Below are positions 19,399 to 28,128 of a stretch of DNA of 64,000 nucleotides, in pieces. Below the pieces are notes generated by a model. That model was given only the letters and a program-made list of their open reading frames with translations. It was not told where the DNA came from and did not search any database. This stretch comes from Candidatus Omnitrophota bacterium. GTDB taxonomy: Bacteria > Omnitrophota > Gorgyraeia > Pluralincolimonadales > Pluralincolimonadaceae. Where the stretch lies: assembly GCA_041651455.1 (NCBI GenBank), contig JBAZJG010000002.1:127892-191891 (forward strand), read 5' to 3'. Both the position numbers and the translations under genes were made by a program. The stretch's first letter is position 1; each line of letters starts with the position of its first letter.

Positions 19399-19585
19399 GG
19401 AAGATTACACAGGGTATTTCCGCGATATCAACGCAAAAGAAAAAGGAATGGCCGCGAGGCAGAAAGAGATGCTGCCGCGCCTGAAGGACAAGGTCCTTAT
19501 CGCGAACATAGAGAACGTGCTGGGCGACGAGGTAAGGCACGTAGGGCTTACCGAAGAACTGCTCGGGCTATTGGACAGGTTATAA
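19388..19585 (+). CDS. Small hypothetical protein, partner of the previous ORF.
   Basis: 65 aa overlapping the previous ORF by 11 nt. It contains DEVRHVG (ExxH). Confidence 0.35.
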   Translation: MFTKEDYTGYFRDINAKEKGMAARQKEMLPRLKDKVLIANIENVLGDEVRHVGLTEELLGLLDRL

Positions 19586-19592
19586 GATCCTG

Positions 19593-22500
19593 ATGGAACT
19601 CAACGCAAAACAAAAATTAGCCGCGGAGACGCTTGAAGGGCCCGTATTGGTGCTGGCGGGGCCGGGGACGGGAAAGACCGAGCTCTTGTCGGTGCGCGCG
19701 GCGAATATCATCAAGTCGAAGAAGGCCAGGCCCGAGAATATCCTCATCCTGACCTATACAAATGCGGCCGCGAAGGCAATGAAAGAGCGGCTCGTTAAGA
19801 TCCTCGGTGCTGACGCCTATAATATCGAAACGGCCACATTCCACAGCTTTGCGAATACCGTAGTCCTGGAGAGCGACGAAGCCGCCGAATACATCCAGGA
19901 ACGCGTCCAGATAACCGATATCGAGCAGATAAAGCTTCTCGAATACATCCTTGATAACACCGACGGCATCGACAAGATCCGCCCGTTCCGCGCGCCGTAC
20001 GCTTTCGAGCGCGAGATCAGCCAGCGGATAACCGAGCTAAAGAGGGAAGGCGTCTCGCCCTCGCGGTTCGCCGAGATAATCGAAAAAACCTCGCCAGACG
20101 GCGCCTACATCGAAGAAAAGCACATCGAACGCCTCTCTGCCCTCGTCACCGTATATAAGCTGTACGAAGAGTACAAAGCGGGTAAAAATAAGGCACTTTT
20201 CGATGACCGAGGCCGCTACGATTACGATGACATGATACTTTTCGCGGTCGAGGCGATCCGCAACGAGCCCGAGCTTGCGCGCGCGCTGCGCTCACAGTAC
20301 ACCTACATCATGGTCGATGAGTTCCAGGACACCAACGGCGCCCAGATGGACCTGCTTTTTGAGCTATTAGGGAGCCATGCACAGGGGGGACACCCCTCCG
20401 GCCCAAATATTTGCTGCGTGGGCGATGACGACCAGTCAATTTTCCGCTTCCAGGGGGCGTCTGTCGCGAATTTCCGTGAATTAAAGAAGAGATTCCCGAA
20501 ATTACAGGAGATCCCGCTCGAGAAGAACTACCGCTCGACAAAAGAAATAATCTCCCTATCCGAAAAAATAATAAATAATCTTCCGGTCAAGGAACGAGTC
20601 CACGCCAAAGAGCTCGCTCCCGAGAAAGATTTCAAGAAGAAGACGATAGAATTCGACGAATTCACGACCGAGACTGAGGAACTGCTCTTCATCGCGCGCC
20701 GCATTAAGGAGATCGCGAAGAAGGAAGAGGTCCCGCTGGATGAAGTCGCGGTCCTCGTGCGCCAACGCGATGATATCCTCAAGATCGTCGACACATTCCT
20801 GCGCGCCGGCATCCCGTACGCGACCGACGGCAAGGAGGACATCGCCGGCGAAAAACGCGTCCGCCAGATGCTCGACGTGCTCTATTTCGCGCACACGCCG
20901 GATATAGAAGTTGAGCAGAAAGACGCCTATCTCTACCGCATCCTGACCGCCGATTACATGCGCATCCCGATGAACGATGTCCTGCGCTTCATCGCCGACG
21001 TCCGCGCGAAAAAGTATGAGCAGCGCAAGAAGGGCGAAGCGCCTACGATTTCAATGTTCAGCGAGTATATGGGAATGAGCCTGTCCCCCCGGAGGATGGC
21101 TCCGGCAGCTCCGGCAGCGGCGCTTGGTACACTTCTATACGAAGCGGAATCGAAGCCCGTTCACGCCATGCTCATGCAATACATCAAAGACGCCGGGGTG
21201 ATGAAGTTCATCCTCGACAAATATGATGATAACGACCTCCTGCGCATCCGCGACCTGCGCGCGCTGACGTCATTCGTCAACATGGTCAAGGAAGCCGACA
21301 TCGCGCGCCCGGGCCTGACGCTCAAGGAATTCATCGACGAGCTGGAGACGCGCAAGGCCCACGGCATGCCCCTGCAGGGCGAGCTTGTCACGGCCACGCA
21401 GGAAGGCGTGCGCATCTACACGGCCCACGGCTCGAAAGGCCTCGAATTCCACACGGTATTCATCCCGTTCTGCCTCGAGAAGAAGCGCTGGCCGAAGCGG
21501 CCGCAGGGCGTCTCGATCCCGCTCCCGCCCGAGGTCTACAAGTCGAAGGAGATCCCGACCGACAAGGAAATATTGAAACAGCTCGATTATTACGACGAGA
21601 CGCGCCTCTTCTACGTCGCCTCGACGCGCGCCAAGGCGAACCTCATCTACACCGCCAGCCCGACGGAGAGCGCGATCCCGAGCTCGTATTTGTCAGGTGT
21701 TGAAGTAAAAGGCGAGGATGAGAAAGAGGAGAATTTACTCAAGGCAGCCCTTATGACAAGTAATGAACAGGATCCATTCATAGGGACGGAAAAAGTGCTG
21801 AAAGATCTGGTGCAGGATCTCTCGCTCAACCCCACCGCGCTCAACAATTACATAAACTGCCCGCGCAAATATTTATATGACGACGTCCTGATGCTGCCGT
21901 CGGGCAAGAAGCAGTCGCTCGTCTTCGGTAACTGCGCCCACAAGGCGCTCGAGGATACCTACAATAAATTCATGAAGACCGGCAAATTCCCGGATTTCGC
22001 GTTCTTTAAGGAAGCGTTTAAGCGCGAATTAGCCCACGAAGCCCCGGAAGCGGCAATAAAGACCGCCTGCGAGCGCCAGGTCGAGACGTTCAAGGCCTGG
22101 TTCAAGGAAGAGTCGCGCCTGCCGGTCAAACCGCTCGGCCTCGAGAAGCGGCTCGTGGTCATGCTTGAAGACGACCTAAAATTTTCCGGAAAATACGACA
22201 AGACCGAGGCGATCCGCGGCGCCGAGGGCCGTGTTCGCGTCGTAGATTACAAGACCGGCGAGCCGGATAAGCACGTCAAGGGCATCAACAATTCCCTCGC
22301 GAAGAAGATCCCGGTATCAAGCGACGAATTCGAGGGCTACCTGCGCCAGCTCATCGCTTATAAGCTCCTTTTTGACAACGACAAGAATGAATCAAAAGGC
22401 CAAAAGGTGAAAGAGGGGGTGCTCGTCTTCCTCGACCCGGTCAAGGAGTCGGTCGCCAAGCACGATCTCGAAGCGGGCGAGTTCATGAAAAAGAGCGTCG

Positions 22501-22652
22501 AGCTGACCGACGATATGGTCACCGCGCTCGAGTCGGCGATAAAGGACGTCCGCCGCCGCATCAAAAAATTGGATTTCTCGAAGCTTCCCGAGCGTGTCGA
22601 TGATTTCAAAAAGTGCAAGGGCTGCGATTTCGATGATATCTGCTGGGGGTAA
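19593..22652 (+). CDS. UvrD/PcrA-type superfamily-1 DNA helicase fused to a C-terminal Cas4/AddB-like PD-(D/E)xK nuclease with a 4-Cys Fe-S motif.
   Basis: 1019 aa. Walker A AGPGTGKT and Walker B MVDEFQDTNGAQ. The C-terminus has NCPRKY, a DYK catalytic motif in VDYKTGEP, and KKCKGCDFDDICWG. Confidence 0.75.
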   Translation: MELNAKQKLAAETLEGPVLVLAGPGTGKTELLSVRAANIIKSKKARPENILILTYTNAAAKAMKERLVKILGADAYNIETATFHSFANTVVLESDEAAEYIQERVQITDIEQIKLLEYILDNTDGIDKIRPFRAPYAFEREISQRITELKREGVSPSRFAEIIEKTSPDGAYIEEKHIERLSALVTVYKLYEEYKAGKNKALFDDRGRYDYDDMILFAVEAIRNEPELARALRSQYTYIMVDEFQDTNGAQMDLLFELLGSHAQGGHPSGPNICCVGDDDQSIFRFQGASVANFRELKKRFPKLQEIPLEKNYRSTKEIISLSEKIINNLPVKERVHAKELAPEKDFKKKTIEFDEFTTETEELLFIARRIKEIAKKEEVPLDEVAVLVRQRDDILKIVDTFLRAGIPYATDGKEDIAGEKRVRQMLDVLYFAHTPDIEVEQKDAYLYRILTADYMRIPMNDVLRFIADVRAKKYEQRKKGEAPTISMFSEYMGMSLSPRRMAPAAPAAALGTLLYEAESKPVHAMLMQYIKDAGVMKFILDKYDDNDLLRIRDLRALTSFVNMVKEADIARPGLTLKEFIDELETRKAHGMPLQGELVTATQEGVRIYTAHGSKGLEFHTVFIPFCLEKKRWPKRPQGVSIPLPPEVYKSKEIPTDKEILKQLDYYDETRLFYVASTRAKANLIYTASPTESAIPSSYLSGVEVKGEDEKEENLLKAALMTSNEQDPFIGTEKVLKDLVQDLSLNPTALNNYINCPRKYLYDDVLMLPSGKKQSLVFGNCAHKALEDTYNKFMKTGKFPDFAFFKEAFKRELAHEAPEAAIKTACERQVETFKAWFKEESRLPVKPLGLEKRLVVMLEDDLKFSGKYDKTEAIRGAEGRVRVVDYKTGEPDKHVKGINNSLAKKIPVSSDEFEGYLRQLIAYKLLFDNDKNESKGQKVKEGVLVFLDPVKESVAKHDLEAGEFMKKSVELTDDMVTALESAIKDVRRRIKKLDFSKLPERVDDFKKCKGCDFDDICWG

Positions 22653-22655
22653 AAG

Positions 22656-23294
22656 ATGAAAAAATGCGTTATAACATTGGCGATTCTGTTCCTGGCTCCG
22701 CAGGCGTTCTCCGCGATGATAATGCCGCCGAAGGCATGTATCGTCCTCGCCATCGGCGAGGCCCGCACGGAAGGCGCGACACCCGCGAACACGGTCTACC
22801 CGACCGAAATAGATTTCAAAAGCATCGTACGCCACGATCGCCTGCTGACAAAAGCGAAAGTTTTCGACCTCTTCAGGTCGATAGACCCCGAAAAAATAAG
22901 GTGGTCGAACTACCAGAAGAGGGACACTCTCATCGAGATGGTCGCGCCCGACCGCATACTCTTCGCGTTCGAGGAGATCGGCGGCGGAAAGGATACGATC
23001 CCGTACGGCTACAAGTTGATCGGCATACGGATACTGCAGAGGTCCATTCCCGACGAGATCTACCTGGACGGCGACTGGATGCTCCATGTATACCTGCACG
23101 ACAGGGGCACGAAGAGCGAAGGCGCGTTCGGCCGGCTCTATTACAAGGAACGGCTCGTCCCTCCGGGCAAGGTCGGGCAGGAGGAGAATACCCCATTCGG
23201 CGTGCTGAAGTATTACGGCGAGGGCAGCAATGTCCGCTGGGCCCCTTCCGGGTGGCTTTTTAAGGACAAGGGCAAAATACCGCGTACCTATTAA
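22656..23294 (+). CDS. Secreted hypothetical protein.
   Basis: 212 aa with a signal peptide (MKKCVITLAILFLAPQAFSA). No motif was recognised. Confidence 0.45.
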   Translation: MKKCVITLAILFLAPQAFSAMIMPPKACIVLAIGEARTEGATPANTVYPTEIDFKSIVRHDRLLTKAKVFDLFRSIDPEKIRWSNYQKRDTLIEMVAPDRILFAFEEIGGGKDTIPYGYKLIGIRILQRSIPDEIYLDGDWMLHVYLHDRGTKSEGAFGRLYYKERLVPPGKVGQEENTPFGVLKYYGEGSNVRWAPSGWLFKDKGKIPRTY

Positions 23295-23311
23295 AGGCAA
23301 GGAAGGCAAAT

Positions 23312-23749
23312 ATGGCTAAAAGCACGGTTTATTCAACAATCCTTGGGCTATCGCTCATCTTTTTGCTTAACACCGTTCCTGTCTCCGCTTCGCAGATATT
23401 TAAAGCCGCCTGCACGAAGCCCGACTGCGGATTCACCGCGGAATTATGCATGGGCCCGTCAAATACATCCGATTATATCGTCGGTTATTGCACCGGCTGC
23501 GGGAAAGTCGTTTATCTTGAGTATCTCAGGGAAGGCCACCTGCCTGTTGCGCGGCTAAAGGGGAGGGAGAAACCCCCTAAACCTGCAGCACAATCCTGGG
23601 ATCCCGGTACAGGCAAGGCAGTTTCGTTGTATAAATGCCCTTCCTGCAAGAAGCCCTTCAAATCGATGTATTCGGAGAATGATTTCAAGTATTGCCCGAA
23701 ATGCGGCAGCCAGGTAAAGGTAGAAAGCACCGGGAAATTTATTGATTGA
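23312..23749 (+). CDS. Secreted Cys-rich (zinc-ribbon-like) hypothetical protein.
   Basis: 145 aa with a signal peptide and paired CxxC motifs (CTGCGK, CPSC...CPKCG). Confidence 0.45.
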   Translation: MAKSTVYSTILGLSLIFLLNTVPVSASQIFKAACTKPDCGFTAELCMGPSNTSDYIVGYCTGCGKVVYLEYLREGHLPVARLKGREKPPKPAAQSWDPGTGKAVSLYKCPSCKKPFKSMYSENDFKYCPKCGSQVKVESTGKFID

Positions 23750-23772
23750 CTTATTCCATTTTAGAGCATACA

Positions 23773-23800
23773 ATTAGAATAACAATTCCGTTATTCTAAT
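23773..23800. promoter_or_regulatory. Perfect 11-bp inverted repeat ATTAGAATAAC-N6-GTTATTCTAAT, a putative operator immediately upstream of the fic RBS.
   Basis: Seen directly in the sequence. RBS GAGGTGG at 23801-23807 and the fic ATG at 23812 follow. Confidence 0.5.
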
Positions 23801-23811
23801 GAGGTGGAACA

Positions 23812-24903
23812 ATGGCAGTACCGCATAAAGTCCCTAAACTTCCTCCGAAGATCGATTACGCCGCGCTTGTGACACAGCTGGGCCGGGCGCATAACGCGCT
23901 TGGCCGCCTGAACGGACTTATTGCTAACCTGCACAATCCCGCCCTGCTGGCGGTACCTCTGCTTACCAAAGAGGCGGTCTTGAGCTCCCGGATAGAGGGG
24001 ACAAGGGCCACGCTTGAGGAGGTCTTCGAGTATGAGGCCGCGAAGAACGATTCGGAATCGACCGAGCGCGGGAAAGACGTCCGCGAAATAATCAATTACC
24101 GCTTCGCGCTGAATACCGCCCTGAAGAACCTCGAAAAAAGGCCGCTCAGCGGGAACCTCATGAAGGAACTGCACTCCGTACTGCTCGATTCCGTCCGGGG
24201 CGCCAACAAAGACAGGGGCAATTTCAGGAAACTCCAGGTATATATCGGCAAGCCCGGGGCTTCCATAGAAGAGGCAGAGTATATTCCCCCGGCCGCGGGC
24301 CAGGTGCCCGAGCTTATGGCGGACCTCGAAAAATACCTCAACTCAGATACTGAAAAAGACCCCCTCGTCCAGATAGGCATCGCGCATTACCAGTTCGAGG
24401 CGATACACCCGTTCCTCGACGGCAACGGCAGGGTGGGGCGGCTTCTTATACCGCTTTTCCTGTATGAGCGCAAGCTCCTTTCGTATCCACTGCTTTACAT
24501 AAGCGAATTTTTCGAAGAGAACAGGGAGATGTATTATGCTCTCTTGAATGATGTCCGCCTGAAGGGGGATTGGACAAGCTGGCTCAACTTCTTCCTCGAT
24601 GCCGTAAGCGAGGAATCCGGGAAGACGCAGTCGACCGTCCTTAAGATACTCGACCTGCACAAAAAGCTCACGCAGGAAGTAATGGCCGACGGGTCAGCCA
24701 ACGCCGTAGCCCTCCTGGACATAATATTTACCACCCCGGCGGTCTCGTTCGTAAGTATCAAGGAGCGGCTTAAGGCCAAGAGCAACCAGACTATCTACAA
24801 CCTCCTGGATAAATTCATGGAAAAGGGCATTTTGAAGGAGATTCCGGGCAAGAAGAGGAACAAAGTGTATGTCTTCAGGCAACTTATGGAGATATTGAAG
24901 TAA
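23812..24903 (+). CDS. fic: Fic-family AMPylation protein (class II, with an intramolecular inhibitory helix) and a C-terminal winged-helix domain.
   Basis: 363 aa. Canonical Fic motif HPFLDGNGRVGR. N-terminal inhibitory motif SSRIEG (S/TxxxEG/N). Confidence 0.85.
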   Translation: MAVPHKVPKLPPKIDYAALVTQLGRAHNALGRLNGLIANLHNPALLAVPLLTKEAVLSSRIEGTRATLEEVFEYEAAKNDSESTERGKDVREIINYRFALNTALKNLEKRPLSGNLMKELHSVLLDSVRGANKDRGNFRKLQVYIGKPGASIEEAEYIPPAAGQVPELMADLEKYLNSDTEKDPLVQIGIAHYQFEAIHPFLDGNGRVGRLLIPLFLYERKLLSYPLLYISEFFEENREMYYALLNDVRLKGDWTSWLNFFLDAVSEESGKTQSTVLKILDLHKKLTQEVMADGSANAVALLDIIFTTPAVSFVSIKERLKAKSNQTIYNLLDKFMEKGILKEIPGKKRNKVYVFRQLMEILK

Positions 24904-24904
24904 C

Positions 24905-25276
24905 ATGCCCATACTGATCGACGGCTGGAACATGGTCCGCCAAGAAGGCTCAGGGATAGATCATGACGACGCCCTGGCCGGCGCCATGCACCTGATCGCT
25001 ATCCTGGAGAAGTTCCAGGAGTCCCACGCCGACCCGATCACTCTTGTATTCGACAGCAAGAATGAATATCTCGATATACCGAACAGGAGCACGGCAAAAC
25101 TGCATATCGTCGCGGCCCGGAACGCCGATAACTGGATCAAACGCCACATTGACAGCATCCCGCCGCGCCAGCGCCGCAACCTGCGCGTCGTCTCCTCCGA
25201 CCGCTCGCTGTATTTTTATGCGAAGGATGCGCGGGCAACGCCGATGAAATGTGAGGAGTTTTGGGAAAAATTGTAA
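24905..25276 (+). CDS. Small NYN/PIN-like (YacP-like) domain protein.
   Basis: 123 aa. The N-terminal PILIDGWNMV resembles the NYN/YacP start (LLVDGYNV). It lies 1 nt downstream of fic. Confidence 0.35.
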   Translation: MPILIDGWNMVRQEGSGIDHDDALAGAMHLIAILEKFQESHADPITLVFDSKNEYLDIPNRSTAKLHIVAARNADNWIKRHIDSIPPRQRRNLRVVSSDRSLYFYAKDARATPMKCEEFWEKL

Positions 25277-25299
25277 TTAAAAAGGTATTTTAAGAAAGA

Positions 25300-26133
25300 A
25301 TGAAGAAAATATCAAAGCCTGACGAAGATAATAATTTAACCTCGGCAAAGCAATTTTTAAAATGGGCTGGCGGTAAAAAAGCTTTGTTGCAAGATATTGA
25401 GAAATTCGTTCCTTCAGATTACAATAAATACTACGAACCTTTTCTCGGAGGAGGTGCCTTATTTTTCAAGCTTGAGCCAAGCGTATCGCAACTTTCAGAC
25501 ATAAACAGCGAATTAATTAATACATATCAACAAGTTAAAAATAACGTTAACGATATTATTAAACAATTAAAATCTATGAAATATAACAAAAGCACTTATT
25601 ACAAAATTCGTTCGCTTAAAACTACTGATAAAGTTGTAAGAGCCGCAAGATTTATTTATCTTAATAGAACTTGCTGGAATGGATTGTACAGAGAAAATAA
25701 GAAAGGTGAATTTAATGTTCCGATTGGCAAATATGAAAATCCCTTAATTTGCGATTCCGACAATTTAATTAATGCTAGTAGGATGTTGGAAAAAACAGAA
25801 TTGACCAAAGGCGATTTTAAGCTAGTATTAAAAAATTGCTCCAAAGGCGATTTGATATACCTCGATCCACCTTATGTTACTTCCCACAAAGACAACGGGT
25901 TCATTGAGTATAATTCTAAAATATTTTCTTTAGAAGATCAGCTTAGATTAAGAAATACTATGATACGATTAGACAAAAAAGGATGCAAGCTCATTATGAG
26001 TAATGCAGATCATAAATTTATTAAAAAAATATATAAGAATTTTAATATTAATTATGTTTCACGAAAGAGTTTAATAGCGGCAGATACTTTAAAACGTAAA
26101 GATGTGAAAGAGCTAATAATAACAAATTTCTGA
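25300..26133 (+). CDS. Dam-family (D12 class) DNA N6-adenine methyltransferase.
   Basis: 277 aa. FLKWAGGKK, EPFLGGGALFF (FxGxG) and the catalytic LDPPY motif. Confidence 0.8.
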   Translation: MKKISKPDEDNNLTSAKQFLKWAGGKKALLQDIEKFVPSDYNKYYEPFLGGGALFFKLEPSVSQLSDINSELINTYQQVKNNVNDIIKQLKSMKYNKSTYYKIRSLKTTDKVVRAARFIYLNRTCWNGLYRENKKGEFNVPIGKYENPLICDSDNLINASRMLEKTELTKGDFKLVLKNCSKGDLIYLDPPYVTSHKDNGFIEYNSKIFSLEDQLRLRNTMIRLDKKGCKLIMSNADHKFIKKIYKNFNINYVSRKSLIAADTLKRKDVKELIITNF

Positions 26134-26147
26134 AAGGAAGGTTAAAT

Positions 26148-27089
26148 ATGAAAAGTACGAAATTAGACAATATTTCTCCCGATTTAATAACTAAAAATCC
26201 AGATAACCCGAGACTAGTATTTCGTCAGGAAGAATTAGATACTCTATTAAATTCCATAAAGAAAGTTGGGATTAGAGTCCCGCTTTCAATTTACGAAGAA
26301 ACTGAAAAAAAGAAATATGTATTATTGGACGGAGAAAGACGTTGGATGTGTGCAAAAAAGCTTAATTTGGATAAAATTCCCGTAATAATTGAGCCGAAGC
26401 CATCTAGATTAGAAAATATTTTAAGAATGTTTAATATACATAATGTTAGAGTACAGTGGGATCTATATGCCACTGCACTGAAACTACAAGAAGTAAAGAG
26501 ATTACTAGAAAAAGAGGGTAAACCAGATTCCATTAAGGACCTAGCTGCTGTTACAGGAGTTTCAGAAACAACTGTTAAAAGAGCATTCGAACTATTGAAA
26601 TTACCAAAAAAATACCTTCATTTATTGGAAGAAGAGCTTAAAAGGCCTAAGTCTGAGCAAAAATTCAGCGAAGATTTTTTTCTAGAAATGATGAAAGCGG
26701 TAAAAGTGATAGAGCGATATACACCAGAAATTATCGAGAAAACGTCTAAGACAAAAATAATGGATAGTTTCAAGGACAAATATGAAAAAGGAACAATAAC
26801 AAATATTGTTAAATTTAGAAATGTGAGTAAAATCGCTCGTTCCGAAAACGCCGGCGTCCCCTCTAGTAAGGCGGTTCCGATATTGAAGAAATTAATCTCC
26901 GATCCGAAATATACAATTGATGATGCTTATCAAGATTCCGTAGCGAAAGCCTACGAGGACAGGTCTCTTACAAGAGATATTGAATCTATATCCGAGAGAT
27001 TAAGCGAAATAAATAAGAAGCGCTTGAGTCCTGAATTTAAGGCATTGCTAAAAAAAATGAAAAATATAATTGAGACATTACTAGAGTAA
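26148..27089 (+). CDS. ParB/Sulfiredoxin N-terminal-domain protein (ParB-like nuclease/CTPase fold) with a helical C-terminal domain.
   Basis: 313 aa. IRVPLSIYEE...YVLLDGERRWMCAKKL matches the ParB box II GERRxRA. Confidence 0.65.
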   Translation: MKSTKLDNISPDLITKNPDNPRLVFRQEELDTLLNSIKKVGIRVPLSIYEETEKKKYVLLDGERRWMCAKKLNLDKIPVIIEPKPSRLENILRMFNIHNVRVQWDLYATALKLQEVKRLLEKEGKPDSIKDLAAVTGVSETTVKRAFELLKLPKKYLHLLEEELKRPKSEQKFSEDFFLEMMKAVKVIERYTPEIIEKTSKTKIMDSFKDKYEKGTITNIVKFRNVSKIARSENAGVPSSKAVPILKKLISDPKYTIDDAYQDSVAKAYEDRSLTRDIESISERLSEINKKRLSPEFKALLKKMKNIIETLLE

Positions 27090-27092
27090 GCT

Positions 27093-27926
27093 ATGAAATT
27101 TGAAATTCTCGATAAAGAACTATGGCCTATCGCAAAATCTTTGATAACGCAGTATCGAAGAAAAGGATATAAAACGATATTGATAGAGAAACCTTTTGAT
27201 AGAGCTGCCTCTTTTAGGCCTACGCTAATATGCAAAAAAGGAAACGAAAATATTGCAATAGAAATTAGAAATGACCCCGTTTTTAGTGAATATTTTGAGG
27301 ATTTTGTAAAAGATTGCCTTGCGGAAAGAAGACCTGTGAAAGTTTATCTAGCTATGCCAAGTATTCTAGGTGAAGAAGAAATTGCCTTAACACATAGTTT
27401 TATGAGTAAGGCAAATGGTTATGGAGTCGGCGTATTTTTGGTTCACGAAAAAGAAGTAATAGAATATATTAAAAGCGTGAAATGTAATATGAGGATCGGG
27501 CCAAATGATTGCATAATATCTTCTCGAGGCAAGGATAAAATATTGCCAATTATTAGTAGATTTAATAAAGGCGAGCCGATAGATGCTATTCGAGATATTA
27601 CAGAACTCGTTGAAAACCTAGTAGATAATTTAGCAAAAAAGGCTTCGAAAAAAAGAAAAGTTGTTCCTAGAATTAAAGAAGTTACTGATATGAATTTTGA
27701 AACTAAAATTAATTTACTATCAGCATCTGATTGGCACGGAAAACATCAAAAAAAGCATTTTAATGAAGATTTCAAATCTGATTTGAAATCTTTCAAGGGG
27801 GCAAGGAATCTATCGCATCACCCTAGAGATAAAGTATTAAGCAAAAAATTAGAGCAACAATTAATTGAGCGCATGCTGATGGGTACGAGATTGAGCAATG
27901 ACTTGTTAGTTTGTCTGTTTAAGTAA
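27093..27926 (+). CDS. Hypothetical protein in the island, function unknown.
   Basis: 277 aa, AT-rich codon usage. It lies 4 nt after the parB-like gene, so it is probably co-operonic. No motif recognised. Confidence 0.45.
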   Translation: MKFEILDKELWPIAKSLITQYRRKGYKTILIEKPFDRAASFRPTLICKKGNENIAIEIRNDPVFSEYFEDFVKDCLAERRPVKVYLAMPSILGEEEIALTHSFMSKANGYGVGVFLVHEKEVIEYIKSVKCNMRIGPNDCIISSRGKDKILPIISRFNKGEPIDAIRDITELVENLVDNLAKKASKKRKVVPRIKEVTDMNFETKINLLSASDWHGKHQKKHFNEDFKSDLKSFKGARNLSHHPRDKVLSKKLEQQLIERMLMGTRLSNDLLVCLFK

Positions 27927-28128
27927 AGTAGTCTCAGGCATAATTAATATTGATTAATACAAAAAACTATTCAGTGAAAAATGTGCGAACCGTGCTGGTA
28001 TGAGGGATAAGGAAAGCTATGGGATAAATATATTTATGAAAGAAAATGCCTCCTTTTAGCGTCTATTGAAAAGAGGAGTAAAGAAACCTTACATTGACGC
28101 ATGAATAGGGAGGTGTTAAAATACGAAC

